NCBI GenBank assembly: GCA_963664115.2
Contig: CAXWPJ010000009.1
Location: 608,001 to 672,000 of the forward strand
Length of the DNA: 64,000 nucleotides
DNA from: Terriglobia bacterium
GTDB lineage: Bacteria; Acidobacteriota; Terriglobia; 20CM-2-55-15
Direction: 5' to 3'
The position numbers were made by a program, and so were the translations under genes. This document shows, piece by piece, positions 9,755-19,460 of this stretch. Position 1 is the first letter of the stretch. The number at the start of each line of letters is the position of its first letter. The notes beneath the pieces are model-generated. The model made no database searches, was not told the DNA's origin, and worked only from the letters and a program-made list of their open reading frames with translations.

Positions 9755-10627
9755 TCAATCGCCTGCGGGATTCTCTGGGGAGTCGGCCGATTCCTCGGGG
9801 CCGTCGAGGAAGGCGATCGGAGCCCCGGTCTCTTCCAGGGTCTTCTCGGCAAGCGCCTTGGGCTCAAGTTGCTCGGCACTCGTGCTCAGGACAACGATGT
9901 CCACGCGGCGATTTAGTCCCCGACCCTCTCGGGTGTCGTTGGGCGCCACCGGACGGTACTCTCCGTAGCCCACGGCCGATAAGCGGCTGGGTGGAATCCC
10001 CCCCTGCGCAATCAGATATCGAAGAACGTTCGTTGCCCTCGACGTTGAGAACTCCCAGTTTGAAGGAAAGCGAGCAGTGCTGATCGGGATGTCATCGGTG
10101 TGTCCTTCGACGCGGAGGTCATACGGTAGATCGAGGAGCCTCGCGGCAATACCCTCGAGGGCTTCTAGAGCCTGCGCTTCGATCACTGCTGCACCCGGCG
10201 AGAAAAATCCCGCTTCGTTCAAACTAACAGTCAATCCGCGGGAATCAATGTTGAGGCGAACCTGCCCTTCCTCCACCTCCCTTTCGAGCATCTTCTCGAG
10301 ACGATCTTGTACCTGTTCCAACTCGTAGTCACCCTCCCCTTTTCCACCGCCCGGGCCGGGCATTATCACTATCGAGTCCAACATCGCACTCGCAGCAGCA
10401 TCTCCGTCCCCGAAGATAGCAACTGACGCAGCGGAGGGGCTAAAGATACCCAGCTCAGAGAAAGCAGCCTGGAAGGACCGCGCAACCTGGCCGGCTTTCG
10501 CCTCATCTTCATTTGAAGCCGCAAACATGACGACGAAGAACGCGAACAGGAGGGTGATGAAGTCGGCGTAGGACACCAACCACCGCTCGTGGTTGACGTG
10601 CTCCTCTTTCCTTTTGCGTCTCGCCAC
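9755..10627 (-). CDS. motB: Flagellar motor stator protein MotB
   Basis: WLVSYADFITLLFAFFVVMFA; OmpA-like GHTD...NWEFS...NRRVDI. Confidence 0.96.
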   Translation of the reverse strand: MARRKRKEEHVNHERWLVSYADFITLLFAFFVVMFAASNEDEAKAGQVARSFQAAFSELGIFSPSAASVAIFGDGDAAASAMLDSIVIMPGPGGGKGEGDYELEQVQDRLEKMLEREVEEGQVRLNIDSRGLTVSLNEAGFFSPGAAVIEAQALEALEGIAARLLDLPYDLRVEGHTDDIPISTARFPSNWEFSTSRATNVLRYLIAQGGIPPSRLSAVGYGEYRPVAPNDTREGRGLNRRVDIVVLSTSAEQLEPKALAEKTLEETGAPIAFLDGPEESADSPENPAGD

Positions 10628-10660
10628 TATCGCTCCTTTAATTACTCATACTGACTTGCG

Positions 10661-11431
10661 CTATTTCTTTTCCCGCATCTTCTGCAGTTCTTCGTCCAGG
10701 AAGGAAGACAGTTTTCCTTCAATCAAGCGGGGGTTCTGGCCCTCCAGAATACCCAGCGTTCCTTCAAGCATCATCTCTTTGATGATCATGCGTTTGCGGT
10801 GTTTGGCCTTCAGCTTCGCCGCAGCGGGCAGGAAGAAGATATTCGCCATGCCGACACCGTAGATGGTCGCCACGAAAGCCACAGCGATGCCGTGACCGAC
10901 TTCCTCGATGTCGTCCAGATGTTGCATCACCTGGATCAGCCCGAGCACCGCACCAATAATTCCAATCGTCGGTGCGTAACCACCTGCGGCTTCGAATATT
11001 TTAGCGGAAGTTTCGCCGCGCTCGTCCATGTAGCCCAGCTCGACCTCCATCGTCTCGCGGAGTTCGCTCGGCTCGCTGCCGTCAACCGCCATCATGATTG
11101 ATTTCTTGAAGAAAGGATCTTCCACATCGTTGCCATCTTTCTCCAGCGAGATGATCCCTTCGCGGCGCGCCTTGTTGGTGAAGCTGATGATTTGATCAAT
11201 GACCGCGTTCGGCTGAACGGTCTCTTCCTTGAAAACATAGATCAACTCACTCACTGCTCGTTTGAACGAGGACAGAGAAAAGCCGATCATGGTAGCCCCA
11301 ATCGTTCCGCCACCCACAATAAGTGCTGCGGTCGGTTGGATCATCTGAAAGATTGAACCACCTTCCAAGAACTGCCCGAACAAAATGCCAAACGTTGCTA
11401 CGGTTATGCCAAGTATCGTTCCAAGGTCCAT
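10661..11431 (-). CDS. motA: Flagellar motor stator protein MotA
   Basis: ARREGIISLE, APTIGIIGAVLGL, AFVATIYGV. Confidence 0.96.
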   Translation of the reverse strand: MDLGTILGITVATFGILFGQFLEGGSIFQMIQPTAALIVGGGTIGATMIGFSLSSFKRAVSELIYVFKEETVQPNAVIDQIISFTNKARREGIISLEKDGNDVEDPFFKKSIMMAVDGSEPSELRETMEVELGYMDERGETSAKIFEAAGGYAPTIGIIGAVLGLIQVMQHLDDIEEVGHGIAVAFVATIYGVGMANIFFLPAAAKLKAKHRKRMIIKEMMLEGTLGILEGQNPRLIEGKLSSFLDEELQKMREKK

Positions 11432-11504
11432 GGTTGTATTCCCTTACTACTGACGCCCATCTCCGGCCGCATCGGCCTGGATCCGGGTTAAAGAGCGATT
11501 CCTT

Positions 11505-11753
11505 TCACTCTCCAACGGTTTCGAGTTCCTCCATTTTTTCCTCTTCCGATCGCATATATACGTTGATTCCAGAGGAATTAATTGCTTTTCTGTATTCAAT
11601 CACTTTGCTGACGATCTCATAAGGCCGGTCTGCAACAACGAGCTTCTCTCCTGTAGTCAGGGAAATCACCGTGTCGGACTCACCCTCGATCGTCTTTATG
11701 AGCTCACAGTTGACCACCATTTCTTTCTTATTGATCCTACTGACCGTGATCAC
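11505..11753 (-). CDS. flbD: Flagellar protein FlbD
   Basis: MITVSRIN...NCELIKTIE...DTVISLTTGEK; RBS GGGAGG; directly upstream of motA. Confidence 0.9.
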   Translation of the reverse strand: MITVSRINKKEMVVNCELIKTIEGESDTVISLTTGEKLVVADRPYEIVSKVIEYRKAINSSGINVYMRSEEEKMEELETVGE

Positions 11754-11811
11754 GCTTTACCTCCCGCGTAGAAGTGCGACGGGCACATGTGGTCCGTCCC
11801 CTACATTCCAC

Positions 11812-11840
11812 TCATCGGCCGGAGAGTGGGGTTACTACAG
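11812..11840 (-). promoter_or_regulatory. Candidate sigma28 promoter for flbD-motAB
   Basis: CTGTAG-N15-GCCGATGA, same spacing as the fliC/fliD promoters. Confidence 0.5.
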
Positions 11841-12061
11841 GATTAATTATCGAAATCGAAAGCCCGGGGTTTCACGAATTAAATGAAGTTCTTAGGCTAT
11901 TGCAATTCGGGGGAGGGGAACCGGATCTGCCGGCCTGATGTGCAGGTTGGTTTGAAATCAAAAGGTTGATCAGAGCAATTCGCAAAGGGCTGAGGGCTTC
12001 CTTATTTCACTAGATCCGCGTAATCGGCCAATCTGCCCCGATTCGCGTAGTTCGCGGCTGA

Positions 12062-12763
12062 TCAGACTGCGGCTGTGGGGCTGAGGTCCTGTGCCTGTTG
12101 AATGAGAGCTGGAAGATCGAATTCCATGCCGCCCAGATTCCGGGCCACCTCCTGCACCCGCAGGTAATCGGGCAGCTCGTCCACGGTGAGACTCAATTCC
12201 GGGCACTTACAGGTGGGTCGGGGTTCGAGAAAGATTCCACCGGTTTGAAACGGGTTCTCTTTGGCATAGAGCGTCACATGCTCCCTCCAACGTTTTTCGT
12301 GAGCGGTTGCCGCCATTCTTGCCAGAAGCTTTCGCGTCAGGGCCTCGCCTGTCGTTCCGACGGGAAGCCCGTTTTCGATGACGTACTCGGCGCCGGTCTC
12401 CACAATATGATTCACGACGCGATCGATACTTTCAGGGTCCGTAAAAGGATTATCAGCAGTCACCCGGACGATGATGGCCGCGTCGGTCACTGTCGCGGCC
12501 CCAAGGTAGCGATCGAGCACGTCGTGCTCGCTTCCACGGAAACATTCAATACCGTGGCGGAGGCATTCCTCAACGATGATGTCGTCCCCAGGATGAACGG
12601 TGGTCGCGACGACCACATGATCCAGGCACTTGGTCTGACGCAGACGCTCGACCAGATAAGTCAATATGGATCGGCCATGGAGGGTCAACAGGACCTTACC
12701 CGGCAGACGGGTCGATCCCATCCGGGCCTGCACAATGGCAACAGTTCGCGGTTTTACTGCCAC
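12062..12763 (-). CDS. SpsF/PseF-like cytidylyltransferase (nonulosonic acid activation)
   Basis: QARMGSTRLPGKVL, RGSEHDVLDRY, RVTADNP; GTG 12763 after GGAAGG. Confidence 0.88.
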   Translation of the reverse strand: MAVKPRTVAIVQARMGSTRLPGKVLLTLHGRSILTYLVERLRQTKCLDHVVVATTVHPGDDIIVEECLRHGIECFRGSEHDVLDRYLGAATVTDAAIIVRVTADNPFTDPESIDRVVNHIVETGAEYVIENGLPVGTTGEALTRKLLARMAATAHEKRWREHVTLYAKENPFQTGGIFLEPRPTCKCPELSLTVDELPDYLRVQEVARNLGGMEFDLPALIQQAQDLSPTAAV

Positions 12764-14463
12764 GCCTTCCCGCCCGGAGACGCACCCAAAGTGGTTTCGA
12801 CCGCAGCAACGAGTTCCCCGATCCGGAAGGGCTTGGCAAGGCATGCAACGCCTGAGCTCGCGATAAATTCCTTCATTTCCCGGCTCGCAACATCCCCGGT
12901 GAGCAGGAGCACCCCGGTAGTCTTGCCCTCCGAACGCATCCATTCAATAAGCTCTCGACCACCGATTCCAGGCATCCGTAAATCACTGACGACCAAATCG
13001 AATTCCTTTTGCTGAAGCTGGGCTATGGCTTCCTCGCCGGAACCCACACATTCGACTTCACAGTCCGCGTTTGATAAGACGGCCTCCACAAGATCCAGAA
13101 TGTGGTGTTCGTCATCAGCGACAAGGATGCGACTTGGTCTTTCGTCACCGACCTCCGATTCCGGGTTGATCTCTTCTATTGGGAAACTCAGGCTGAACGT
13201 TGTCCCCCGGCCTTCGTCGCTGACGACAGAAATCTCTCCCTTGTTGGCTTCGACAAGTTGGCGCGAAAGGCTCAGTCCCAGACCCGTCCCGGTTTCCTTC
13301 GTGGTAAAAAAGGGCTCGAATATCTTGGCAATGTCGCCCTGGCCCAGACCGGGCCCATCGTCTTGAATGTGGATTAAGACGCGGTCTCCAGAAACCTCGG
13401 TTGATACGTCAACGACACCCTCGCCACGATCTTCTTCAATGGCCTGTACGGCGTTCGTCACGACATTCAGCAAAACCTGAGTGAATTCACAGGGATTGAC
13501 TGAAATTGCGGGGCGCTTCGGAGACAGATTCAATCCTATATTGACCGTGTTCAACGGCAGTTGATACGCCGCGAGCTCCAGAGTTTCTCTAACAGTCGAA
13601 TTCAGATCGATGATCTCAATGTCTGTTTTTCCAGGACGCGAAATGCGCAGTACATTCCGGACGATGCGTGCGCAACGCTCAGTTTCTGAAACAATTCGGC
13701 CGAGATTCTTCTTGTTTCCCTTGTCCGTGCGGGCCAGCAACTGGGCGAAGCCGAGGATGGTCGTCAAGGGATTATTCAACTCATGGACAATTCCCGCCAG
13801 TAGCTTGCCGACCGCAGACATCTTCTCGGATTGGGAAAGCCGGCTCTGATAGTCCCCGACTTGCTTGCTCAAGGCGGTTTGCTCGAGCTTGAGTGCGTCA
13901 AAACGACGGGTACGTTCAAGGGCCGCGGCAATATGCTCGGCCGCAGTCGAGACGATCTCTTCATCCTGATCAGAAAAAACCCCGGGCGCCGGGCTGCTGA
14001 GGTTGACAACGCCCACCACCCTTCCAGCGGTTTGCAGCGGAAAACTGATGAGCGAGTTGACGATGCCGGCGGATCCCGCACCTAATGCGAATCGCTCGTC
14101 CTTCGACGCCTCTTCGAGGCGGACGGGTTCGCACTGTGCCGCCACCCACCGAGTGACGCCATTGCCTCCATCCGGTGACATGATCGAATCGCTCTGAGAC
14201 AGCCCAGGATTGATAGCGGCCTCAGTCTGGCTTCCCACAACATCCAGAATTCCTGTATGTTCGTCGAGGAGCAACAACGAACAACTTTCCGCCGCCGTGT
14301 TTTCCAGAAGGAGACTGGCGACAAAATCGCCGGTCTCTCGAACGGATTCGGCGCGGATCAACCCCCGCATCAATCGGTCCATAAAATCATCCCTTCCACT
14401 ACGGGAAATAAGCCAGGCCGGTGCCTCGATTTCAGGTGTCGATTGGAGAAAGTGAGAAGACAT
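12754..14463 (-). CDS. Hybrid sensor histidine kinase (GAF-HisKA-HATPase-REC)
   Basis: HELNNPL, QVLLNVVTNA, DDGPG, FFTTKETGTGLGLS; receiver DDE...DLRMP...KP. Confidence 0.93.
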   Translation of the reverse strand: MSSHFLQSTPEIEAPAWLISRSGRDDFMDRLMRGLIRAESVRETGDFVASLLLENTAAESCSLLLLDEHTGILDVVGSQTEAAINPGLSQSDSIMSPDGGNGVTRWVAAQCEPVRLEEASKDERFALGAGSAGIVNSLISFPLQTAGRVVGVVNLSSPAPGVFSDQDEEIVSTAAEHIAAALERTRRFDALKLEQTALSKQVGDYQSRLSQSEKMSAVGKLLAGIVHELNNPLTTILGFAQLLARTDKGNKKNLGRIVSETERCARIVRNVLRISRPGKTDIEIIDLNSTVRETLELAAYQLPLNTVNIGLNLSPKRPAISVNPCEFTQVLLNVVTNAVQAIEEDRGEGVVDVSTEVSGDRVLIHIQDDGPGLGQGDIAKIFEPFFTTKETGTGLGLSLSRQLVEANKGEISVVSDEGRGTTFSLSFPIEEINPESEVGDERPSRILVADDEHHILDLVEAVLSNADCEVECVGSGEEAIAQLQQKEFDLVVSDLRMPGIGGRELIEWMRSEGKTTGVLLLTGDVASREMKEFIASSGVACLAKPFRIGELVAAVETTLGASPGGKAWQ

Positions 14464-14550
14464 CAAATGTTCGTTGTAATCAATCGATGACGCTTTAAAT
14501 CTTGATCTCAGCTTTGAGCTTCGGGTGAAATTCCGCCTGATCGCAGATCG

Positions 14551-15588
14551 CTAATTGATGAATGCGGTCAGAGACTTCGTTCGCGCAAACCGGCCTCGCG
14601 GTGCGCGGTTCCGCGTAATCTTCAACTCTTCCTCGCTCGCAAACAGGCTTTCCTCGAAACTCATCATGGTCAAATCTTTCTGAAATTTCCCAAGCTGGGA
14701 CGGGATGGATCGGCCACCCCTCATCTGGACGAGCCATGTGGCGAAATCCGCTCCGGAAGCAATTGTCAAAGGAATCCCTCCAGAAAATCGAGGATTCACT
14801 TCGATCAGGCTCACCGTGTGACCATCCCATTTGCATTGGATATTCGCCGCACCTACGATCCCCAGGCTTTCGGCGACGTTAGCGGCAAATTCCATAACTT
14901 GCTTGTGGTTCCGCGTGGTCCCTTTGTCGCTCACGCCCGCCCGTATCACCAGCCGTTCACGAGGTACTATAGACATCACCCGTCCTTCGAAGTCGGCGCA
15001 TACGTCGACCGTAAACTCCGCCCCCTCCAGGTAGTCCTGCACGACCGCGTCGGGCACGTACCGGCAGAAAAAGCGAAGCTGTTCTTCGTTGTGAGCTTCA
15101 AACACCTGAACACTTCCACGCCCACTTCTCGGTTTGACGACAACCGGATAGGTGATCTGTTCGAAATCGACGTCCGCGGCCAAACGCGTCGCCGGAGTTT
15201 CGATCCCGTTCATGAGCGCGAACTCATACATGCGGTACTTGTCGTTGGAGATCTCGGTCGTTTCTTCACTCGAAACCGACACCCAAACATCGTTTTGTTC
15301 AAAGCGCGCTCGGTTTCGGGCGAAGATCGGCAGTTCAACGTCGATCGTCGGAATGATCAGGTGAACGTTCTCAACATCGCAAATGCTCTCAATGATCGGA
15401 ATGTATTCGGGATCACTCGTCAGGGGCACGATGTGATTGCGATGGCCGAAGTAGAGAGCCGGAGACATCGAGTTAATGTCGGTGGTAATCACCCTACCTT
15501 TTCCGAAGCGCTCAACAGCCCTCCGAAAAGCCCTTACCAGACCGACACGACGTGAAGCAGCCGTGATGAGAACGTTTACAGATTTCAT
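14551..15588 (-). CDS. ATP-grasp domain protein (carbamoyl-phosphate synthase-like, glycan modification)
   Basis: VVVKPRSGRGS, VQDYLEG, IEVNPRFSGG. Confidence 0.85.
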   Translation of the reverse strand: MKSVNVLITAASRRVGLVRAFRRAVERFGKGRVITTDINSMSPALYFGHRNHIVPLTSDPEYIPIIESICDVENVHLIIPTIDVELPIFARNRARFEQNDVWVSVSSEETTEISNDKYRMYEFALMNGIETPATRLAADVDFEQITYPVVVKPRSGRGSVQVFEAHNEEQLRFFCRYVPDAVVQDYLEGAEFTVDVCADFEGRVMSIVPRERLVIRAGVSDKGTTRNHKQVMEFAANVAESLGIVGAANIQCKWDGHTVSLIEVNPRFSGGIPLTIASGADFATWLVQMRGGRSIPSQLGKFQKDLTMMSFEESLFASEEELKITRNRAPRGRFARTKSLTAFIN

Positions 15589-16628
15589 CCGATGGCATCC
15601 CACTGTACGGGCGCGTTTTCATCTATGGCGTTTCGCGCCTCGCGGCCCACGACATCATCCACGTGCTCCGGGGAGATCCCGACGGCAGGTCGAAGGGCAT
15701 ACAACATGTCCCTGGAAATCGTCTCTCCCGACGCGATCGGACGTTTTGCGTAAAGCGAACGACGGGACGCCGTCAGGTTCTGGCTCTCAGTTTCGGTGAC
15801 AAACTTGTCGCGCCGACCCAAAATCGGGCCAATCGCACGCAGTTCTTCGATATGTGTGCGCAATTGCTTGGTGTCGAACGAGACAGCGCGATCGGGGACA
15901 TCCCCTCGCGTGTCGAGCATGAAGTGGCGCTCGATGACCTGAGCACCCAGGGAGACGGCGATAATGGAGCCCATGCTATCCACGCTGTGATCGGAAAAAC
16001 CGACAGGCAGACCGAATCGATCCCGCAGGAACTCGATCGATTTCAGGTTCAACTCTTCCGGCTTGGGCGGATAAGCCGAGACGCAGTGCAGCAGGATGAT
16101 CTGGTGATTCTCCTCGGTGTATATCCAATCAATCGCTTTCTCGATCTCCTCGGACGAGCTCATCCCCGTCGACAACAGAACCGGTTTGCCCTTTCGAGCG
16201 ATATGTTTGACCAGAGGGCTGTGCGTGATGTCGCCTGAGGCTATCTTGAATGCCCCGACACCAAGTTCCTCTAAAAAGTCAGCACTCTCTTCATCGAACG
16301 GGGTGGAAAGAAACTCGATTCCCAATCGCTTCGCCTCGCTGTGTATCGTGCGAAAATCGTCGAAGCTCAGTTCCAGTTTCTTGAACAAGTCCTGCAGATC
16401 GACATCTTTGGTATGGGTGAGTTGCGCTCTCGTCTTGGAGTTGAGCTTGTCGGCTCTAAACGTTTGAAACTTGATCGCGTCGGCTCCGGCCCATTTCGCC
16501 CCGCGCACCATGGCCATCGCTTTCTCTTTGGAGCCCCCATGGTTGAGGCCGGCCTCGGCTACAAAGAACGTCTCGGCGGACTCGTTCTGCAAAAGGTCGA
16601 ACAGGTTAACTGTTACATTGTTAGACAT
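15585..16628 (-). CDS. NeuB/PseI/SpsE family nonulosonic acid synthase with SAF domain
   Basis: AEAGLNHGG, GADAIKFQ, KIASGD, LHCVSAYP, GFSDH, IERHF. Confidence 0.93.
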   Translation of the reverse strand: MSNNVTVNLFDLLQNESAETFFVAEAGLNHGGSKEKAMAMVRGAKWAGADAIKFQTFRADKLNSKTRAQLTHTKDVDLQDLFKKLELSFDDFRTIHSEAKRLGIEFLSTPFDEESADFLEELGVGAFKIASGDITHSPLVKHIARKGKPVLLSTGMSSSEEIEKAIDWIYTEENHQIILLHCVSAYPPKPEELNLKSIEFLRDRFGLPVGFSDHSVDSMGSIIAVSLGAQVIERHFMLDTRGDVPDRAVSFDTKQLRTHIEELRAIGPILGRRDKFVTETESQNLTASRRSLYAKRPIASGETISRDMLYALRPAVGISPEHVDDVVGREARNAIDENAPVQWDAIG

Positions 16629-17560
16629 AATTCTCTCCTAACGATTTCTCTGACTCGGAACAATCCCTGACCGTCGACCAGTCTGCGACCGGTTTCAGTA
16701 AGGTGACGCATCAGCGATGGGGTTTTGCGCATCTCCATTGCACGGTCGACAACTTCATCTGGATGAAGCACAGACATTTCGCCGGCGCTTCGGACAGCGC
16801 CTCTCTCTTCAAAAGCATTCGCCGTCTTGAGTTGGAGTTTATCGACGCTGAGCGCTATCGTAGGCACACCCGCCGCCAACATTTCATAAAGTGAAATTCC
16901 CGCGTTTGTAATCGCCAACAGACAACTGGATACAGCTTTTTGAATTTCGTCGCGACTGCGAATCCAACGAACCGCCGGGTTGGGCAAAGCCGAAAACTTT
17001 CGATCAAAGCCTTGGGTTGCACAGACCCGGAGACCTCGATCGCTAAGCGCATCTGCCACAGCGATTAGATACTCGGAATGGATTCCACCGCCAAGGGTTA
17101 GGAAGATCTCGTCACCCGTTTCGCCACGCTGGGGGGACCGGGGATCGACGACCGTGTAGTCCGGTCCCACGAACATCTTCCGGTCGGGATGCTTAGAATA
17201 GGGAACGATTTGAGTGATGCTGCCATCGATAACGACGTCAGATTCACACTGAGCCAATCCCAGATCACGGATGCTGATATGGCGGCAGCCCTGGCTCCTG
17301 ATAGTTTCGGTAACCGGGTGCGCGCGGCAAAGATCGCTTACAGTGATAGGCGGAAACCGGCCATCGAACTGAACCCTATGTTCGCGTTCGGAAAGGAACT
17401 GGGCACAGGGCACCGATAGAGGATAAAAGCTCACCGTCACGTCGGGATTCAAACCTTCCGCAATGCGAAGGCAACGGACGACATGTCCGTAGCCCACCTC
17501 GGGCCCCGCGTCCACGACGAATCCGATATCGGCTGCCTTGATTCTAGTTAACGTGGCCAC
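16613..17560 (-). CDS. PseG/SpsG-like nucleotide-sugar hydrolase (GT28 fold)
   Basis: VDAGPEVGYGHVVRC, TLGGG, AGISLYE. Confidence 0.82.
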   Translation of the reverse strand: MATLTRIKAADIGFVVDAGPEVGYGHVVRCLRIAEGLNPDVTVSFYPLSVPCAQFLSEREHRVQFDGRFPPITVSDLCRAHPVTETIRSQGCRHISIRDLGLAQCESDVVIDGSITQIVPYSKHPDRKMFVGPDYTVVDPRSPQRGETGDEIFLTLGGGIHSEYLIAVADALSDRGLRVCATQGFDRKFSALPNPAVRWIRSRDEIQKAVSSCLLAITNAGISLYEMLAAGVPTIALSVDKLQLKTANAFEERGAVRSAGEMSVLHPDEVVDRAMEMRKTPSLMRHLTETGRRLVDGQGLFRVREIVRRELCLTM

Positions 17561-18134
17561 GTGTCCTCTTAACCAAACTCTTCCATCCATCCAACACTGG
17601 GGCGATCTCATATTCCAGAACGTCGCAGACAGAAATCCAGAATCCGTTCTCCTGCGCAGAAATCAGTTCGCCTAAAGCTTGCTCCAGGGAGGCGATCAGG
17701 GCTGGCCGGGAATCTCCGCTCTCCTCATGGACCCAGCCCAAATCCTCCGAAAAAATACTGAACAGGACGGCAAGTGACTCCAGATACTGCGATAGCGCCT
17801 GGTAGGCCTGCTCCTGATCGCGGCTTTCGAACAGGCGAACAATCGCAGCGCCGGCTTCAGCGACCTGATCCAGTTCGCGATCCAGTTCCCCCAGTGCCTC
17901 GACCACGACACTGTCAAAGTCTCCACTTTCGATGTCAATCTGCTCCAGACCGTGGAGATCTTGGCCGCAAATTGTGCTGTCGCGGTAGCTCAATGTTTCC
18001 TGGGCGTCGAAATTTACACTCGTAATGCATTGACCTGCACTGAGATAGTCAGTCTCGAGCCAATCCAACAGCTCACCCCAGGTCGAGAGTTGCCCAGGCA
18101 CGTCGACGGGGTCCTGATTTAACCGGATGTTCAT
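17544..18134 (-). CDS. Acidic hypothetical protein in the flagellin glycosylation operon
   Basis: 196-aa ORF overlapping the next gene; C-terminal DVLEYEIAP. Confidence 0.7.
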   Translation of the reverse strand: MNIRLNQDPVDVPGQLSTWGELLDWLETDYLSAGQCITSVNFDAQETLSYRDSTICGQDLHGLEQIDIESGDFDSVVVEALGELDRELDQVAEAGAAIVRLFESRDQEQAYQALSQYLESLAVLFSIFSEDLGWVHEESGDSRPALIASLEQALGELISAQENGFWISVCDVLEYEIAPVLDGWKSLVKRTRGHVN

Positions 18135-18179
18135 CTTATGACTCCACTCGGAAGATTGATGACGGTCATGATTCCGACG

Positions 18180-19460
18180 TCAAGTTCCTTTTGCGCCGGT
18201 GCCCGCCGGAATGGCCGAGCCCCCGGGATTCAATAACTTCTGCTCCAAAACCTGCACTTCCTTTTCGAAGAAGGGCTGTGTCTGCAGACTCCACAAGATC
18301 TTCTCTGTTGCACTTCGGTTTCCTTTTTCCAGATACCGGTGGCCTTTTTGGAGCATCACCAGCGGACCGGACCATCGTGGCGGAACCAATCGGGGCTCCA
18401 TATTCTCGAAAATTTGGGACCATTCATTCGCGATCGACCGCCACGAGTAGTTGCGGAACGCTCGGCTGCGGGCGGCCTCGGACATTTGACGATGCCGGTC
18501 CCGGTTCTGCGCCAATCCGGTCACAGCCTCAACAAACTCACGACGGTAGCTTTCCGACGATGGCTCGCCATCGATGCAGTATCCCGTCTCCCCGTCGTTG
18601 ACCGTTTCCTTAAGGCCAGCCTTCGCGGAAGTGACGACAACGGCGCCACACGCCTGTGCTTCGATCGCCGCAATGCAGGAGGTTTCATCGAAGGTATTGG
18701 GATACAGCAGGAATCCGCTACGGGACAACTCTTCCAGCAGCAACTTCTGACCAACGCTACCGTGCATGGTCACACCGGGCTGCTCGGCGTCCTTATATAG
18801 AGCGCCATAGGATTCACGATCGTTCTCTTCAGACCAGCCATAGACTTTCATGCTACTGAAAACGTCGAGCGACATGCTGGGCACCTGCTCCCGGATTCGG
18901 GGAAACATCTCCAGCAAACCCTTGAGCCCGCGAAAGGGTGTGCTCGAATAAACCCCGTTGGTCCAGATCTTCTCCCGTTTGGCAGGAACGAGATCGGTCC
19001 GAAAGCCGTTGCGGGTGGCGATGACCTTCTCAGAAGGCAAGTTAAAGGTGTCGATGAAGGTCGTACGATGCCATTCGCTCACGCAGAAGTGAAGGTCGAC
19101 GTTCTCCTGGATTGCCGGATGGCCCAGGTTGGATATCGCGGGCTGGTCGAAGGCGTCACCCGTCCAGAAAATGGTTCGTGGCGCGATCCGGCCTATCAGA
19201 AACGGATCGAACGAACGGAAAGAAATAAAAACGTCCCATTGCGCGACCCGATATTCTTCGAAAAAGCGGTGGTGATGCTGGTAGTGAACCCCGTCGTAAA
19301 CCCCGGTTTCCGGGCAGTTACAGTAAACACGCACCGAATGCCCGATTGCGGCAAGTTCGCGCGCCATATAGACGATGCCACTCTCGCTACCTCCCAGAGG
19401 ACCCTCCACAGGCGAATTCCCGTGAAACGGGATGCCGTTGTTGTAGATCGCCACGTTCAT
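18180..19460 (-). CDS. Glycosyltransferase family 4 (GT-B)
   Basis: GGSESG, ETSCIAAIEAQACG (EX7E motif). Confidence 0.9.
   Translation of the reverse strand: MNVAIYNNGIPFHGNSPVEGPLGGSESGIVYMARELAAIGHSVRVYCNCPETGVYDGVHYQHHHRFFEEYRVAQWDVFISFRSFDPFLIGRIAPRTIFWTGDAFDQPAISNLGHPAIQENVDLHFCVSEWHRTTFIDTFNLPSEKVIATRNGFRTDLVPAKREKIWTNGVYSSTPFRGLKGLLEMFPRIREQVPSMSLDVFSSMKVYGWSEENDRESYGALYKDAEQPGVTMHGSVGQKLLLEELSRSGFLLYPNTFDETSCIAAIEAQACGAVVVTSAKAGLKETVNDGETGYCIDGEPSSESYRREFVEAVTGLAQNRDRHRQMSEAARSRAFRNYSWRSIANEWSQIFENMEPRLVPPRWSGPLVMLQKGHRYLEKGNRSATEKILWSLQTQPFFEKEVQVLEQKLLNPGGSAIPAGTGAKGT

Noticed and set aside
9534-9968. 144-aa ORF downstream of motB
   Set aside because: Runs through repeat DNA and antisense to motB; no protein features
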